This document shows, piece by piece, positions 11,401 to 22,628 of a DNA stretch of 64,000 nt. The DNA comes from Amphiscolops sp. MND2022. Taxonomy: Eukaryota. Each line of letters begins with the position of its first letter. The stretch's first letter is position 1. A program made the position numbers and the translations under genes. The DNA lies in assembly GCA_964187785.1 (NCBI GenBank), contig OZ076409.1, positions 33,544,001 through 33,608,000 on the forward strand. The letters are read 5' to 3'. Below the pieces are notes generated by a model that had not been told where the DNA came from, did not search any database, and was given only the letters and a program-made list of their open reading frames with translations.

Positions 11401-12369
11401 ATTGGTGTTAAAACTGCTCCCGTGAGTTCAAAAACATTTACGTTTGAATTATTTAAGTTTTCGAGTTTAGGAATATCTTTAATTTTCATGGGGAATTCCA
11501 AACCATTTAAAATGAGTTTGTTCGTGTGCATTGAATAACTTGATGTTCTATTTTTTTGATCCTCAACGGGAAAAAAGTGTGCTAGGATGCACCACAAAAA
11601 GCAAAATTGATCATCATTTTTTATGTTTATAAATGATTTATTATTCCTAAACTTTTCTGGCAACTCAACCCATGAAGAAGCTTGAGTATCATTGACTTTA
11701 TATACCTCCATTATAACATTGACAATACCGTTTAACACAAAACCTGATCCTTCTAATTGTTCATCATCTAATTTCTGCATTAATGAATTATGAACGTTTA
11801 GGTTTGGCCGAAGGTGCTTTGTATGTGATTGTAATTAAAATCTGATTTAACCCATTTGTGAAATACAACTTCTTCTCCGTTGATGTATTTCGAAAACTTA
11901 GCTAAATAACTCAATTGGAACTTGTATCGGGGAAAGTAATTTTCATTTAGTAAATGATTAATCTGTTCTTCAAGATGATTTGTTGGATTTACTCTCAGTT
12001 TAATTCATTCACAATTCAAAATTTAAGTTTTTTCATTCACAATTATTTCTACACCAGACTGCGTACTGGAGGCGAGAGCTGTTGCATTTTGTGTAGCGTT
12101 GTTTTGACTTCTTAACGTGTGAATTTCACTTGGGAAATGTCTTGAATTACTTATATTTTACCACAATCTTCACACCAAATGTGTTGTTGTTGGGTTTTGT
12201 TTTTATGTTCATCTGAATTTAGATGATTAGACTTGTCAGACAATGGCATAAATGTATTACATTTTTCACAATAATATTGATTTAATTTTTGTAAATGTTT
12301 TAATGATTTTAGATGATCAGACTTGTAAGCTTTTTTATAATCAGAATTGCAAATACTGCAGTTCTCCAT
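8451..12369 (-). pseudogene. Protein-primed family B DNA polymerase with N-terminal C2H2 fingers and an endonuclease VII-like Zn motif; several frameshifts
   Basis: Motifs YIDANNLYGWAMS (A), MNNAFFGKT (B), MDTDS (C), CWLC...RDHDHLTGKYRGAAHNRCN, GSGF and IINIKN-type D..CFLWCILAH across ORFs 12151-12369, 10644-11780, 9458-10591, 9107-9439 and 8694-9131. Reconstructed stop at 8451-8453. Confidence 0.93.
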
Positions 12370-12457
12370 TTATTTATAATAAATTTACGAATTTAATAGC
12401 AGTATATTTTTCAATAGTATATTTTTCAATTATTAGTCTTAATTTTTTCTTTATTTT

Positions 12458-13114
12458 TTATGTTAAAATTGAATAAATTACTTGAAAAAAACTGTGTGGT
12501 TCAAGTGGTATTGTTGGTGGTGTGTGTGAAGCTACTTGTGATTTTGTATGTGATTTTGTGTGTGAAGCTACCTGCGAAGCTTCGTGTGAAGCTACGCGAT
12601 AATTTTCAAATTGAGTCACAAATCGTTGATATTCTTTTTCATCTATAAGATTATCTTTTAGGCTAGTTATATAAAGTTGTCTAAAGTCGTCAAGTGTCTT
12701 CTGAATAATAGCGTAATTAAGTTTATAATTTTGCTCCTTTTTCTTCAAATAACTGGAACAAATTTTAACAAGAATACCAGTTGCACAACCAACTCCTGCA
12801 GTGATTGGAACAACTATAATGCCCACACCAGTAATACTTAGTGTAACGGATGTTGAAGTTGTTCCAATCACTATAATGCCATCGAAGGAGTTAATTATGT
12901 TATTTATTAACTTGTTTTTGGTGTATTTCTGCTTGTATTTCTTTTCTTCCATTCCATAATATTTCATCATTAGACTAATATTTTGAATAGAATTATTGAA
13001 ACTATTTACTTTTTGTAATTCGCTTTGCAATAGCTTGTTTATCATTGATTCTACATCATATGGTGCGGAGGGGGGAGCCGTTGGGGTCAGGGAGGGAAAA
13101 AGTTTTTGTTCCAT
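12458..13114 (-). CDS. Polinton membrane protein with hydrophobic hairpin and coiled coils (resembles the adintovirus 'gasderminX' class)
   Basis: 218 aa ORF with GIIVIGTTSTSVTLSITGVGIIVVPITAGVGCATGILV, then SLKDNLIDEKEY; N-terminal PTAP and PSAP motifs. Confidence 0.6.
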   Translation of the reverse strand: MEQKLFPSLTPTAPPSAPYDVESMINKLLQSELQKVNSFNNSIQNISLMMKYYGMEEKKYKQKYTKNKLINNIINSFDGIIVIGTTSTSVTLSITGVGIIVVPITAGVGCATGILVKICSSYLKKKEQNYKLNYAIIQKTLDDFRQLYITSLKDNLIDEKEYQRFVTQFENYRVASHEASQVASHTKSHTKSQVASHTPPTIPLEPHSFFQVIYSILT

Positions 13115-13117
13115 TTA

Positions 13118-13318
13118 TTAATCATATAAAATGAAATTTATTTCCATTGGTGTTAATTTCATTCTGTGTTTCATATCAACAAGGTCTTTATAGGAATCTT
13201 TTTTCAATGAATCCAGAATTGATTGTCTGGTAGAATATTTTAAATCAGACAGATAATATTCACCATCTGAAGTAAGTATTGTTTTTCCATACTTTTCGTT
13301 TAAATAGGATTCACTCAC
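13118..13318 (-). CDS. Hypothetical Polinton protein (66 aa)
   Basis: Tightly packed between neighbouring same-strand ORFs. Confidence 0.45.
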   Translation of the reverse strand: MSESYLNEKYGKTILTSDGEYYLSDLKYSTRQSILDSLKKDSYKDLVDMKHRMKLTPMEINFILYD

Positions 13319-13925
13319 TAAAAGTTAGATAATTTGCAAAAGCTTGATCTTTATTGGGAAAGGAATCGAACAAACCTTTGTCATAAAGCAGTTGAATTAT
13401 GTTGTTAGTTATAGTAATTTCATTTTGGTCTAGGTTATTAAAAATTTTAATATTTTCATTTTCATTTAGAATCATTCCAGCTTGACCCACTGAACTCAGA
13501 AACTTTAAGTTACGGCCTGTTAACATTTCAAACCTATTGTTGTGTATTAAATTTAATACGTCATTTACTAAAGCAGTTCTTTGTTCGGCGAAAGATTTTT
13601 TCATATTTTGTTCTGACTTATTTATGGTTTTTGAAAGGTCTGAAAACTGGGAATAAAAATCATTCAATAACTTTGTGTTTAATAAAACATTTTGAACTTC
13701 CTGTGGGTCTAGTGTTTGATGCAGCTTCGCGTCTAGCATTTTTTCTTCTACTTGATTTTCTATGTCATTTTCAAAATCGCGTTGCAAATATTCTTTTAAT
13801 TTGGAATGTGTTATTTGGGCTAATTTTTCTTGACTTTTTATCATATTTTTTAGCTCCTGATATTCCCTCAGTTTTAGCTGTTCACTAGAATAACCAAACT
13901 TATGAAGAGACGGAGTTTCATACAT
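13311..13925 (-). CDS. Hypothetical coiled-coil Polinton protein (204 aa)
   Basis: Long ORF in AT-rich DNA with a TAAATG start; first gene inward from the right terminus. Confidence 0.6.
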   Translation of the reverse strand: MYETPSLHKFGYSSEQLKLREYQELKNMIKSQEKLAQITHSKLKEYLQRDFENDIENQVEEKMLDAKLHQTLDPQEVQNVLLNTKLLNDFYSQFSDLSKTINKSEQNMKKSFAEQRTALVNDVLNLIHNNRFEMLTGRNLKFLSSVGQAGMILNENENIKIFNNLDQNEITITNNIIQLLYDKGLFDSFPNKDQAFANYLTFSE

Positions 13926-13949
13926 TTATTAAGATGAAAAAGTTGAAAA

Positions 13950-14497
13950 ATACAAAACCCATAGGCATGCCCGCAGCTTCGCGCATTGACATGCCTATGG
14001 TAAACTCAAAGCCCATCGGGAGTCTGTTCCACTAAGAGTTTCCACAGCAGGGATTATCCTTTTTAAGAACTGTGCCATTGGTGATTATTCTCCCATAGCA
14101 TGTAAGTTGTAACAAAGACTGGGGGAAGTTGGATAGAAGTGAACCCCAAACACTCCGGCCGAAGCCTTAACTTTAGTCAATGCTATAACCACTAAACTTT
14201 GGGAGACGAATCAATGTTAGTTGTAGTTATATAAGGATGTATGCGCCGGTACATTAACGCTGATTGTACATTAACGTTGGCTGTACTTAACGTTGGCTGT
14301 ACAGCAACATGTTATTATTACCATTGAACGCTGGTTGCAACGTTGACATTACACCATAGAGGTTAGTGGATTTTGCTTCATGGTACAAACACTATTTTTT
14401 GATGATTTGTTTTCTAAAAAGTCCTTAAAATCAATGGTTTTGAGGACTTTTAATTTTTGGGGTTTTGGTGGCCCGAATCGGGATTCCCCATACTACT
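13950..14497. repeat. Probable right terminal inverted repeat of the Polinton (inner boundary uncertain)
   Basis: Non-coding region with short internal repeats (TACATTAACGTTGGCTG, about 14250-14302), ending in TACTACT. The partner TIR is not in the window. Confidence 0.6.
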
Positions 14498-15063
14498 CAT
14501 ACGCTTCATTACCTCTTGACTTCACTTCAGCTGAATAGACACCCCCTTTGTATCGCACATCAATGTAATCACCGACCTATTTCGAAGAGTTCGCAGATTT
14601 TTAATGATCACCGATTGTACATTCAACTTACCATTGCCCACTTACCTTGATAGTCGAGCGAGTGAAAAAATCACCTGAGAGACCTTCGTACGAACAGAGG
14701 ATCACAGATGTTTCTTGTTGATCTCTGAAGAAAACAAGAAAAGGAAACAAAGAAAACAGGAAAGTCTGCTTCAAACACTGCTGTACGTCATTTTGATCTC
14801 TCAAGAAGCTTCCCGAAAGAACCACTTCGCGCTCTCTTAAATTCATGAAGAACTGAAAAGAAGCAGTTACTTCGGGTGACTCTTTCGACTAAAGCATCAA
14901 TCTTGAACAGTATTTTCCATTACGACTAATAAATCTTAATTGGAAGTAGCGGGGGTTAAATGGAGTATAGTAAATCGAAATGCTTAGAAATCTTTCCGGA
15001 AGACCTCTGAAATTTGGAGCGTTTCTGGAGCATGATTCGAGATCACATGAAGTAAAAGTTCTT

Positions 15064-15450
15064 GGGTTTAAATAATGAACTGCATAACTTCAACAACAGA
15101 AAATACAGAAGAAAACGCAAGATGTGTGGGTTTCGAGGGTTTAACTCATGAACTGCATAACTTCAACAATAGAAAACACAGAAGAAAACGCAAGATGTGT
15201 GAGTTTCTAGGGTTTAAATACTGAACTGCATAACTTCAACAATAGAAAACACAGAAGAAAACGCAAGATGTGTGAGTTTCTAGGGTTTAAATAAAGAACA
15301 GCATAACTTCAACATTAGAAAATACAGAAGAAAACGCAAGATGTGTGAGTTTCTAGGGTTTAAATATTGAACTGCATAACTTCAACAATAGAAAACGTCA
15401 TAACTTCAACAATAGAAAATACCAAAAACGCAAGATGTGTGAGTTTCTAG
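15064..15450. repeat. 73-bp minisatellite, about 5 copies
   Basis: Units start at 15064, 15137, 15210, 15283 and 15356 (GGGTTTAA...TGAACTGCATAACTTCAAC...GCAAGATGTGTGAGTTTCTA). Confidence 0.95.
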
Positions 15451-15504
15451 CTGTCCCAAAGATCAAAGGGATGCAATGAGAAGAATGTTTTTGACACTGA
15501 ATCA

Positions 15505-17428
15505 TCAAAGATTCGACGATGATGTTTCCGAGGAACGTTTATCGAGTTTAGGTTTTATTTCGTGAGCAATGTTGTTCACGCTCGCCTTCGCCTCAAGATA
15601 GGCGGTTCCACCGCGTCCAGGGAAGACTGTTTCGATGGCTTCTGAAACGAAAGTTCCAGCTTAACATCAGCCAAAAAGAGGACTAGTTTCCATTTGCATT
15701 CACAGCCGAACCCATACAAGAATTAATTTCAAAAAAGAATTACCTCTAAAAATGTCTTTTTGGCCCTGGGGAAAATCCAGACGTTTCGTGCCCCTCTGTG
15801 GGGAGAGCATTCGCCCGATGAGCTCCTCCGAACTCCACATGAATCGAGCCACGTTGCGGCCATAGTCTTTGGGAAGAGTCCCACCAAGTGTCAGAAGGTC
15901 TTTCCCTTTGTACATTAGAGTTGGACGGTTCTCTTTGTCCCGCAGGTCGATACGAGACACTCTATTTGCGACAGTCATCTACACGAAGAATTCAACGTTT
16001 GAAAAACATTTCAACACACGGTCCCTGCGGGCACAGTTTTGTTTCTGCTTTTAGACTTTCATCTTCAATAACTCGGCGTACGAAGGCATAATTATCACTC
16101 GCTCGTTCCATCGCACGAGAAGCGAATTGTTGTCGGCAACTAGAGAAACTTAAATCTCACCCTTATAATCACTGCCAAAAAAAATTCGAATTTTTCAGTA
16201 GTTGAAATCAACCGCAGACATAGAACAAATTGACTTCACATGACAAACTAACGGCATCCTGTAGAACAATAGCCACTTGATTGCAATGCTCGACATTTTT
16301 CTGTGCGAGAAGAGATATGCTGCAATTCAGGGTTGAGATGGACGTCTCCACTCTACTCAGAACGCTTTCCAGTCTCGTTAAAACACGAGTCCCCACAGTC
16401 TCATTGTCAACAGGTTGCGTGAAAAGCACTTCCTACAAACAAAAATATTGAAAAAACTGAAGTTTTAACCACTCAGAACGTTTTTGAAGATGCTAACATC
16501 ACCCAAGCCTGATTTATCAACCACGGAAGCAGCCGCTTGAAAGCCGACTGTTTGTTGTTCTGAAGTGCTTGCCCTCAATGGTGCTACCTCGAATTCTTGA
16601 GCTCCTGGCGTGGACGTCACTCTATTCGCTTTCTGTCCGGTCTGAAAAGGCGTCTGAGCTCAATTAAGACACTTCAAGGTATTTAGAATTACACCTAGGA
16701 AAAGACGAAATGAGACCTCGCGGAAATCAGTGGACGTGTTGATGCTCATGGAGTGGTCCAGGACCCGATTCGCCACTCCAAGAATGGGGCTAGCCTATGA
16801 ATAGTTTTGAATATTACGAAGATCTAAAACAAAATAATGGCTAACAAGCACAAATGTTGGAAGGCACTCACTTGAACAATGCTTCCAGCATTTGCGACTG
16901 GCTACAGCTTGTTACCGAATTGGGATCTGTCACCTAGAAAAAAGCGTTGCTGATTAATATACTTGAATTTGAGGAAATACCCGAAATCAAGTAAGCAAAC
17001 TTGAGCGGGAGCTGATGGAAGCTGGGGCTCTGGGTCAGACAATAACCGGCCCTTGCATATTTGAGAGAGTTCAGGGAGTCTTTGCTCGCACCAACTCCGA
17101 TGTCCGAGATCCTTCACACGCGCAGTGTACCATTGCCCTTGGACTTTCAAGCGAACTATATCGTTCTCCTGGAAGGATCAAAAGCTATTGCCACTGGCTT
17201 CAGTTGTTTGGGGGAAAATGCATCATTACTTACTTTCAAACGTGAGCGCTCCAAAACGTCACCCTCCAAGCCATCGTAAAGAAGAGGCAGTACCATGGAT
17301 TGTCCATCCTCAAAAAAGAAAAGTAGCAAATACTTTCCGTGTAGGCTGGCCTTGAGTTGCCGTTCATATTCTACGAAACTGTCACTCTTCCGTTTGATCG
17401 TTTTCCGCTTTCCGAGAGAGTTATCCAT
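15505..17428 (-). CDS. Multi-exon BEN-domain protein gene (Tudor-like N-terminus, coiled coil, C-terminal BEN domain); one internal exon unresolved, possibly a pseudogene
   Basis: GT-AG exons 17428-17234, 17168-17001, 16933-16872, several more to about 16050, then 15978-15744 and 15641-15505. The spliced C-terminus PKDYGRNVARFMWSSEELIGRMLSP...KDIFREAIETVFP...KASVNNIAHE fits the BEN pattern. N-terminus YLLLFFFEDGQSMVLP...IVRLKVQGQWYTARV. Confidence 0.7.
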
Positions 17429-17530
17429 AGCTCACTGGAAAAACACACTTCTGATAATGGACACGGTGATAGAAAACGAGACGGGGGCAATCCGATCAAT
17501 ATGAGGAGTTAAAGTATCAGTATCGAGGAG

Positions 17531-18120
17531 AACCAGAGCCGCATATGCGGTGAAGGAGTCGGCTTAGGTCTTTTTCTTTCTGACTCGCTCCAATCCCAGT
17601 CATACCAATTTATTGGATTTGCACACATAGGACCATACTATAGTGAACGAAATGAGTGTAGAATATTTTGTTCGAATCGTATGAACACTTTTAGCAAAAG
17701 TCAAACAAAGTCGAAAAATGGCTGTTTTTTGGCCATTTTTGAGTGAATTTAGGCTATGTTTCTCACATCCCAGCCATACGATTTTGATGCCATTGTACAT
17801 ATAGGACTCTAGAATGGTGTAGAATAACTAGAAAATTGCGTTCGAATCGTATGGACAGTATTCGAGAAAGTCGAAAAAAGTCAAAAAATGGCTGTTTTTT
17901 GGCCATTTTGGGTTAATTTTGGCTATGTTTCTCACATCCTAGCCATGCGATTTTGATGACAATTCACATTTAGGACCGTAATATGGTGTAGAATAACTGT
18001 AGAAAATTGTAGAATCGTATGGACAGTTTTTGAGAAATTTGCAACTTTCAGGAAAAGGTGGGGAGAAAAAAAACAGCACGATTGCATAAGTAGTGGAATA
18101 TTTTTTCCGACTCCTAAAAA
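17531..18120. mobile_element. Helentron-type non-autonomous element (HINE/DINE-like), family 1
   Basis: AACCAGAG + palindrome CCGCATATGCGG + subterminal AGGAGTCGG ... CCGACTCCT + AAAAA; internal ~170-bp tandem duplication; no TSD. Confidence 0.6.
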
Positions 18121-19131
18121 TTGAAGGGCGCGAAAAAAATTACCTGAAAACTTTCACTAGCGAAATAGTTCTTGATCTCATCACTTCCAGAAATTTGCAA
18201 AAAAGACTGCGTTATCATGTTTTTCTCACTACAAACTAAAGAACGAGTGATTGAGCGAAGTAAGACTTGAATCTCTATTTGAAAAACCAGACACCACTTT
18301 TACAGAACTCTGAGCAAAAAAAATAATCATCAAAACGGGCGCGGATGTCGGTCAAACTTCATTTGGGCGTGGTTCTGACAACCAGTAATGTCCTTTGCTG
18401 TAAAAGCCCGGATGGGAAGATTCTTTCTTTTAATTGTTGCTCTGTTGTCAAATAATCCGCGTCGTCCTTGAAAGTTCTGCCTCTTCAGGGTGATCTTTTT
18501 TTTCTTTGTAAACACCGATTCAGCTAGTTTTTTTCACACTTTCGAGCCGCCTGTATGGTAAAAAACAGTTGATGTGACAACTAATAAAAAACAACAAAAT
18601 ATCAATGAAAGGAGACCACTAACACTGATTCGGTTGAAATTCAGCTTTACCCAACACTGCTCACGATTTTAAACCTTGACTTCCGTCAGGCATCCATCGT
18701 GGCAATCCTTTATTAAATCTCGAATTACCATTTCAGCCTCCTTTTTATTCTTAAAAACCACCTCTTGGCTACTTGTGTCCCGCTTCAACGAAATTGTCAG
18801 AAAGCTGTCAGCCTCTGCTTCACAAATAGGCTGATTCGCCACATGCAATGCTTGAACTTTGTGAGACTTTGGTTTCGGTTTCGAGGTTCGTTGGTACGAG
18901 TAGTGACGTGGAGGAGCCATAGAATTCACAAAATCTGAACGTTCATGAAGTACATAAAGAAGTTTCCTATGTTTGAATGAAATTTTGGTTCCTTTTCGGT
19001 AAAGGCCCGCACCATGAACGACCCCCCTTTGACCTCGGAGGCGAGGACTATCTGATCAGGTAGTCAGGTAGTAAGAGTTGACTTTGCAAGTAAGTAAAAA
19101 AAACAGTATTTGAACAATTGCAAACCAATTT

Positions 19132-19658
19132 AAAACAAGACGAGAACGTCCCAAGTCGGCACCATATCTTAGGCTCAAAAATATTCGAGGAACAACTATT
19201 GGAAAAATTTTGAATTGGAAATTATTTTTCAATTTTTTTTCGAAAAATGTATTTTTAGGTCGCACAATGCCGAAAAACTCAAAAAGAGTCCATTCAGGCT
19301 CATTCAACGTTTTCTACAAACTGAAAACTTCACAAAAATTCAAGGGGGTAACCTTTGATAAATTTCGAAAATTTTCGAAAAAAGTCGCATAGTGCCGAAA
19401 AAAACCCAAAGGGGGGGGGTACCCTTTGGTCTCACCTGTACTTTTGGAAGCATTAAAAAATTTATGGTTTAGTGCGAGAATCGAACCCACGCTCTCCGGC
19501 TGGGTCGAAGATGGAAGATGAACAAATATGAAAGATGAACAAATTGTAAGAAAAGTGGACCACTCAGAGTAAGATTGTAAACTGAAAAAAAAACAAAAAA
19601 AACTACTCACTGTAAGAGTCGGCCTTTTTTACTTAAGGGCAAAGACGCCGACCAAAAA
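19132..19658. mobile_element. Helentron-type non-autonomous element, family 2
   Basis: AAAACAAG + hairpin GACG-AGAA-CGTC + AGTCGGC ... AGTCGGC-(spacer)-GCCGACC + AAAAA. Confidence 0.6.
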
Positions 19659-19787
19659 CAATAAGAAGAAACAATTGATTTTTAAAGTCCATTTGAAACC
19701 TGTAATTCAAAGATCGGATGTAACATTTCGAAAGGTCGGATATAACGTTTCCAAAGTTCATAAATAGCGTTTCTAAAATTCAGAGAT

Positions 19788-20921
19788 ATTTTTCTGTGCG
19801 AGAAGAGATATGCTGCGATTCAGGGTTGAGATGGACGTCTCCACTCTACTCAGAACGCTTTCCAGTCTCGTTAAAACACGAGTCCCCACAGTCTCATTGT
19901 CAACAGGTTGCGTGAAAAGCACTTCCTACAAACAAAAATATTGAAAAAACTGAAGTTTTAACCACTCAGAACGTTTTTGAAGATGCTAACATCACCCAAG
20001 CCTGAATTATCAACCACGGAAGCAGCCGCTTGAAAGCCGACTGTTTGTTGTTCTGAAGTGCTTGCCCTCAATGGTGCTACCTCGAATTCTTGAGCTCCTG
20101 GCGTGGACGTCACTCTATTCGCTTTCTGTCCGGTCTGAAAAGGCGTCTGAGCTCAATTAAGACACTTCAAGGTATTTAGAATTACACCTAGGAAAAGACG
20201 AAATGAGACCTCGCGGAAATCAGTGGACGTGTTGATGCTCATGGAGTGGTCCAGGACCCGATTCGCCACTCCAAGAATGGGGCTAGCCTATGAATAGTTT
20301 TGAATATTACGAAGATCTAAAACAAAATAATGACTAACATGCACAAATGTTGGAAGGCACTCACTTGAACAATGTTTCCAGCATTTGCGACTGGCTACAG
20401 CTTGTTACCGAATTGGGATCTGTCACCTAGAAAAAAGCGTTGCTGATTAATATACTTGAATTTGAGGAAATACCAGAAATTAAGTAAGCAAACTTGAGCG
20501 GGAGCTGATGGAAGCTGGGGCTCTGGGTCAGACAATAACCAGCCCTTGCATATTTGAGAGAGTTCAGGGAGTCTTTGCTCGCACCAACTCCGATGTCCGA
20601 GATCCTTCGCACGCGCAGTGTACCATTGCCCTTGGACTTTCAAGCGAACTATATCGTTCTCCTGGAAGGATCAAAAGCTATTGCCACTGGCTTCAGTTGT
20701 TTGGGGGAAAATGCATCATTACTTACTTTCAAACGTGAGCGCTCCAAAACGTCACCCTCCAAGCCATCGTAAAGAAGAGGCAGTACCATGGATTGTCCAT
20801 CCTCAAAAAAGAAAAGTAGCAAATACTTTCCGTGTAGGCTGGCCTTGAGTTGCCGTTCATATTCTACGAAACTGTCACTCTTCCGTTTGATCGTTTTCCG
20901 CTTTCCGAGAGAGTTATCCAT
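19788..20921 (-). pseudogene. 3'-truncated duplicate of the BEN gene (lacks the BEN exons)
   Basis: Second duplication unit begins inside the coiled-coil exon. Confidence 0.7.
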
Positions 20922-21023
20922 AGCTCACTGGAAAAACACACTTCTGATAATGGACACGGTGATAGAAAACGAGACGGGGGCAATCCGATCAATATGAGGA
21001 GTTAAAGTATCAGTATCGAGGAG

Positions 21024-21613
21024 AACCAGAGCCGCATATGCGGTAAAGGAGTCGGCTTAGGTCTTTTTCTTTCTGACTCGCTCCAATCCCAGTCATACCA
21101 ATTTATTGGATTTGCACACATAGGACCATACAATAGTGAACGAAATGAGTGTAGAATATTTTGTTCGAATCGTATGAACAGTTTTAGCAAAAGTCAAACA
21201 AAGTCGAAAAATGGCTGTTTTTTGGCCATTTTTGAGTGAATTTAGGCTATGTTTCTCACATCCCAGCCATACGATTTTGATGCCATTGTACATATAGGAC
21301 TCTAGAATGGTGTAGAATAACTAGAAAATTGCGTTCGAATCGTATGGACAGTTTTTGAGAAAGTCGAAAAAAGTCGAAAAATGGCTGTTTTTTGGCCATT
21401 TTGGGTTAATTTTGGCTATGTTTCTCACATCCTAGCCATGCGATTTTGATGCCATTTCACATTTAGGACCGTAATATGGTGTAGAATAACTGTAGAAAAT
21501 TGTAGAATCGTATGGACAGTTTTTGAGAAATTTGCAACTTTCAGGAAAAGGTGGGGAGAAAAAAAACAGCACGATTGCATAAGTAGTGGAATATTTTTTC
21601 CGACTCCTAAAAA
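21024..21613. mobile_element. Helentron-type element family 1, duplicate copy
   Basis: Same termini as 17531-18120. Confidence 0.6.
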
Positions 21614-22628
21614 TTGAAGGGCGCGAAAAAAATTACCTGAAAACTTTCACTAGCGAGATAGTTCTTGATCTCATCACTTCCAGAAAATTGCAAAAATGAC
21701 TGCGTTATCATGTTTTTCTCACTACAAACTAAAGAACGAGTGATTGAGCGAAGTAAGACTTGAATCTCTATTTGAAAAACCAGACACCACTTTTACAGAA
21801 CTCTGAGCAAAAAAAATAATCATCAAAACGGGCGCGGATGTCGGTCAAACTTCATTTGGGCGTGGTTCTGACAACCAGTAATGTCCTTTGCTGTAAAAGC
21901 CCGGATGGGAAGATTCTTTCTTTTAATTGTTGCTCTGTTGTCAAATAATCCGCGTCGTCCTTGAAAGTTCTGCCTCTTCAGGGTGATCTTTTTTTTCTTT
22001 GTAAACACCGATTCAGCTAGTTTTTTTCACACTTTCGAGCCGCCTATATGTTAAAAAACAGTTGATGTGACAACTAATAAAAAACAACAAAGTATCAATG
22101 AAAGGAGACCACTAACACTGATTCGGTTGAAATTCAGCTTTACCCAACACTGCTCACGATTTTAAACCTTGACTTCCGTCAGGCATCCATCGTGGCAATC
22201 CTTTATTAAATCTCGAATTACCATTTCAGCCTCCTTTTTATTCTTAAAAACCACCTCTTGGCTACTTGTGTCCCGCTTCAACGATATTGTCAGAAAGCTG
22301 TCAGCCTCTGCTTCACAAAAAGGCTGATACGCCACATGCAATGCTTGAACTTTGTGAGACTTTGGTTTCGGTTTCGAGGTTCGTTGGTACGAGTAGTGAC
22401 GTGGAGGAGCCATAGAATTCACAAAATCTGAACGTTCATGAAGTACATAAAGAAATTTCCTATGTTTGAATGAAATTTTGGTTCCTTTTCGGTAAAGGCC
22501 CGCACCATGAACGACCCCCCTTTAACCTCGGAGGCGAGGACTATCTGATCGATCAGGTAGTCAGGTAGTAAGAGTTGACTTTGCAAGTAAGTGAAAAAAA
22601 CAGTATTTGAACAATTGCAAACCAATTT

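Larger units (their letters stand above)
1..14497. mobile_element. Maverick/Polinton (adintovirus-like) endogenous element, right part; decayed (several frameshifts and stops); left end outside the window
   Basis: Co-located protease, minor capsid, ATPases, rve integrase, major capsid and pPolB. Ends in ...CCCCATACTACT (14491-14497 = reverse complement of AGTAGTA, a typical Polinton terminus). The next 6 nt, CATACG, would be the right TSD. Confidence 0.93.

Noticed and set aside
15064..15450. CRISPR-like array
   Set aside because: Units are contiguous tandem copies with no unique spacers; no cas genes; eukaryotic context.
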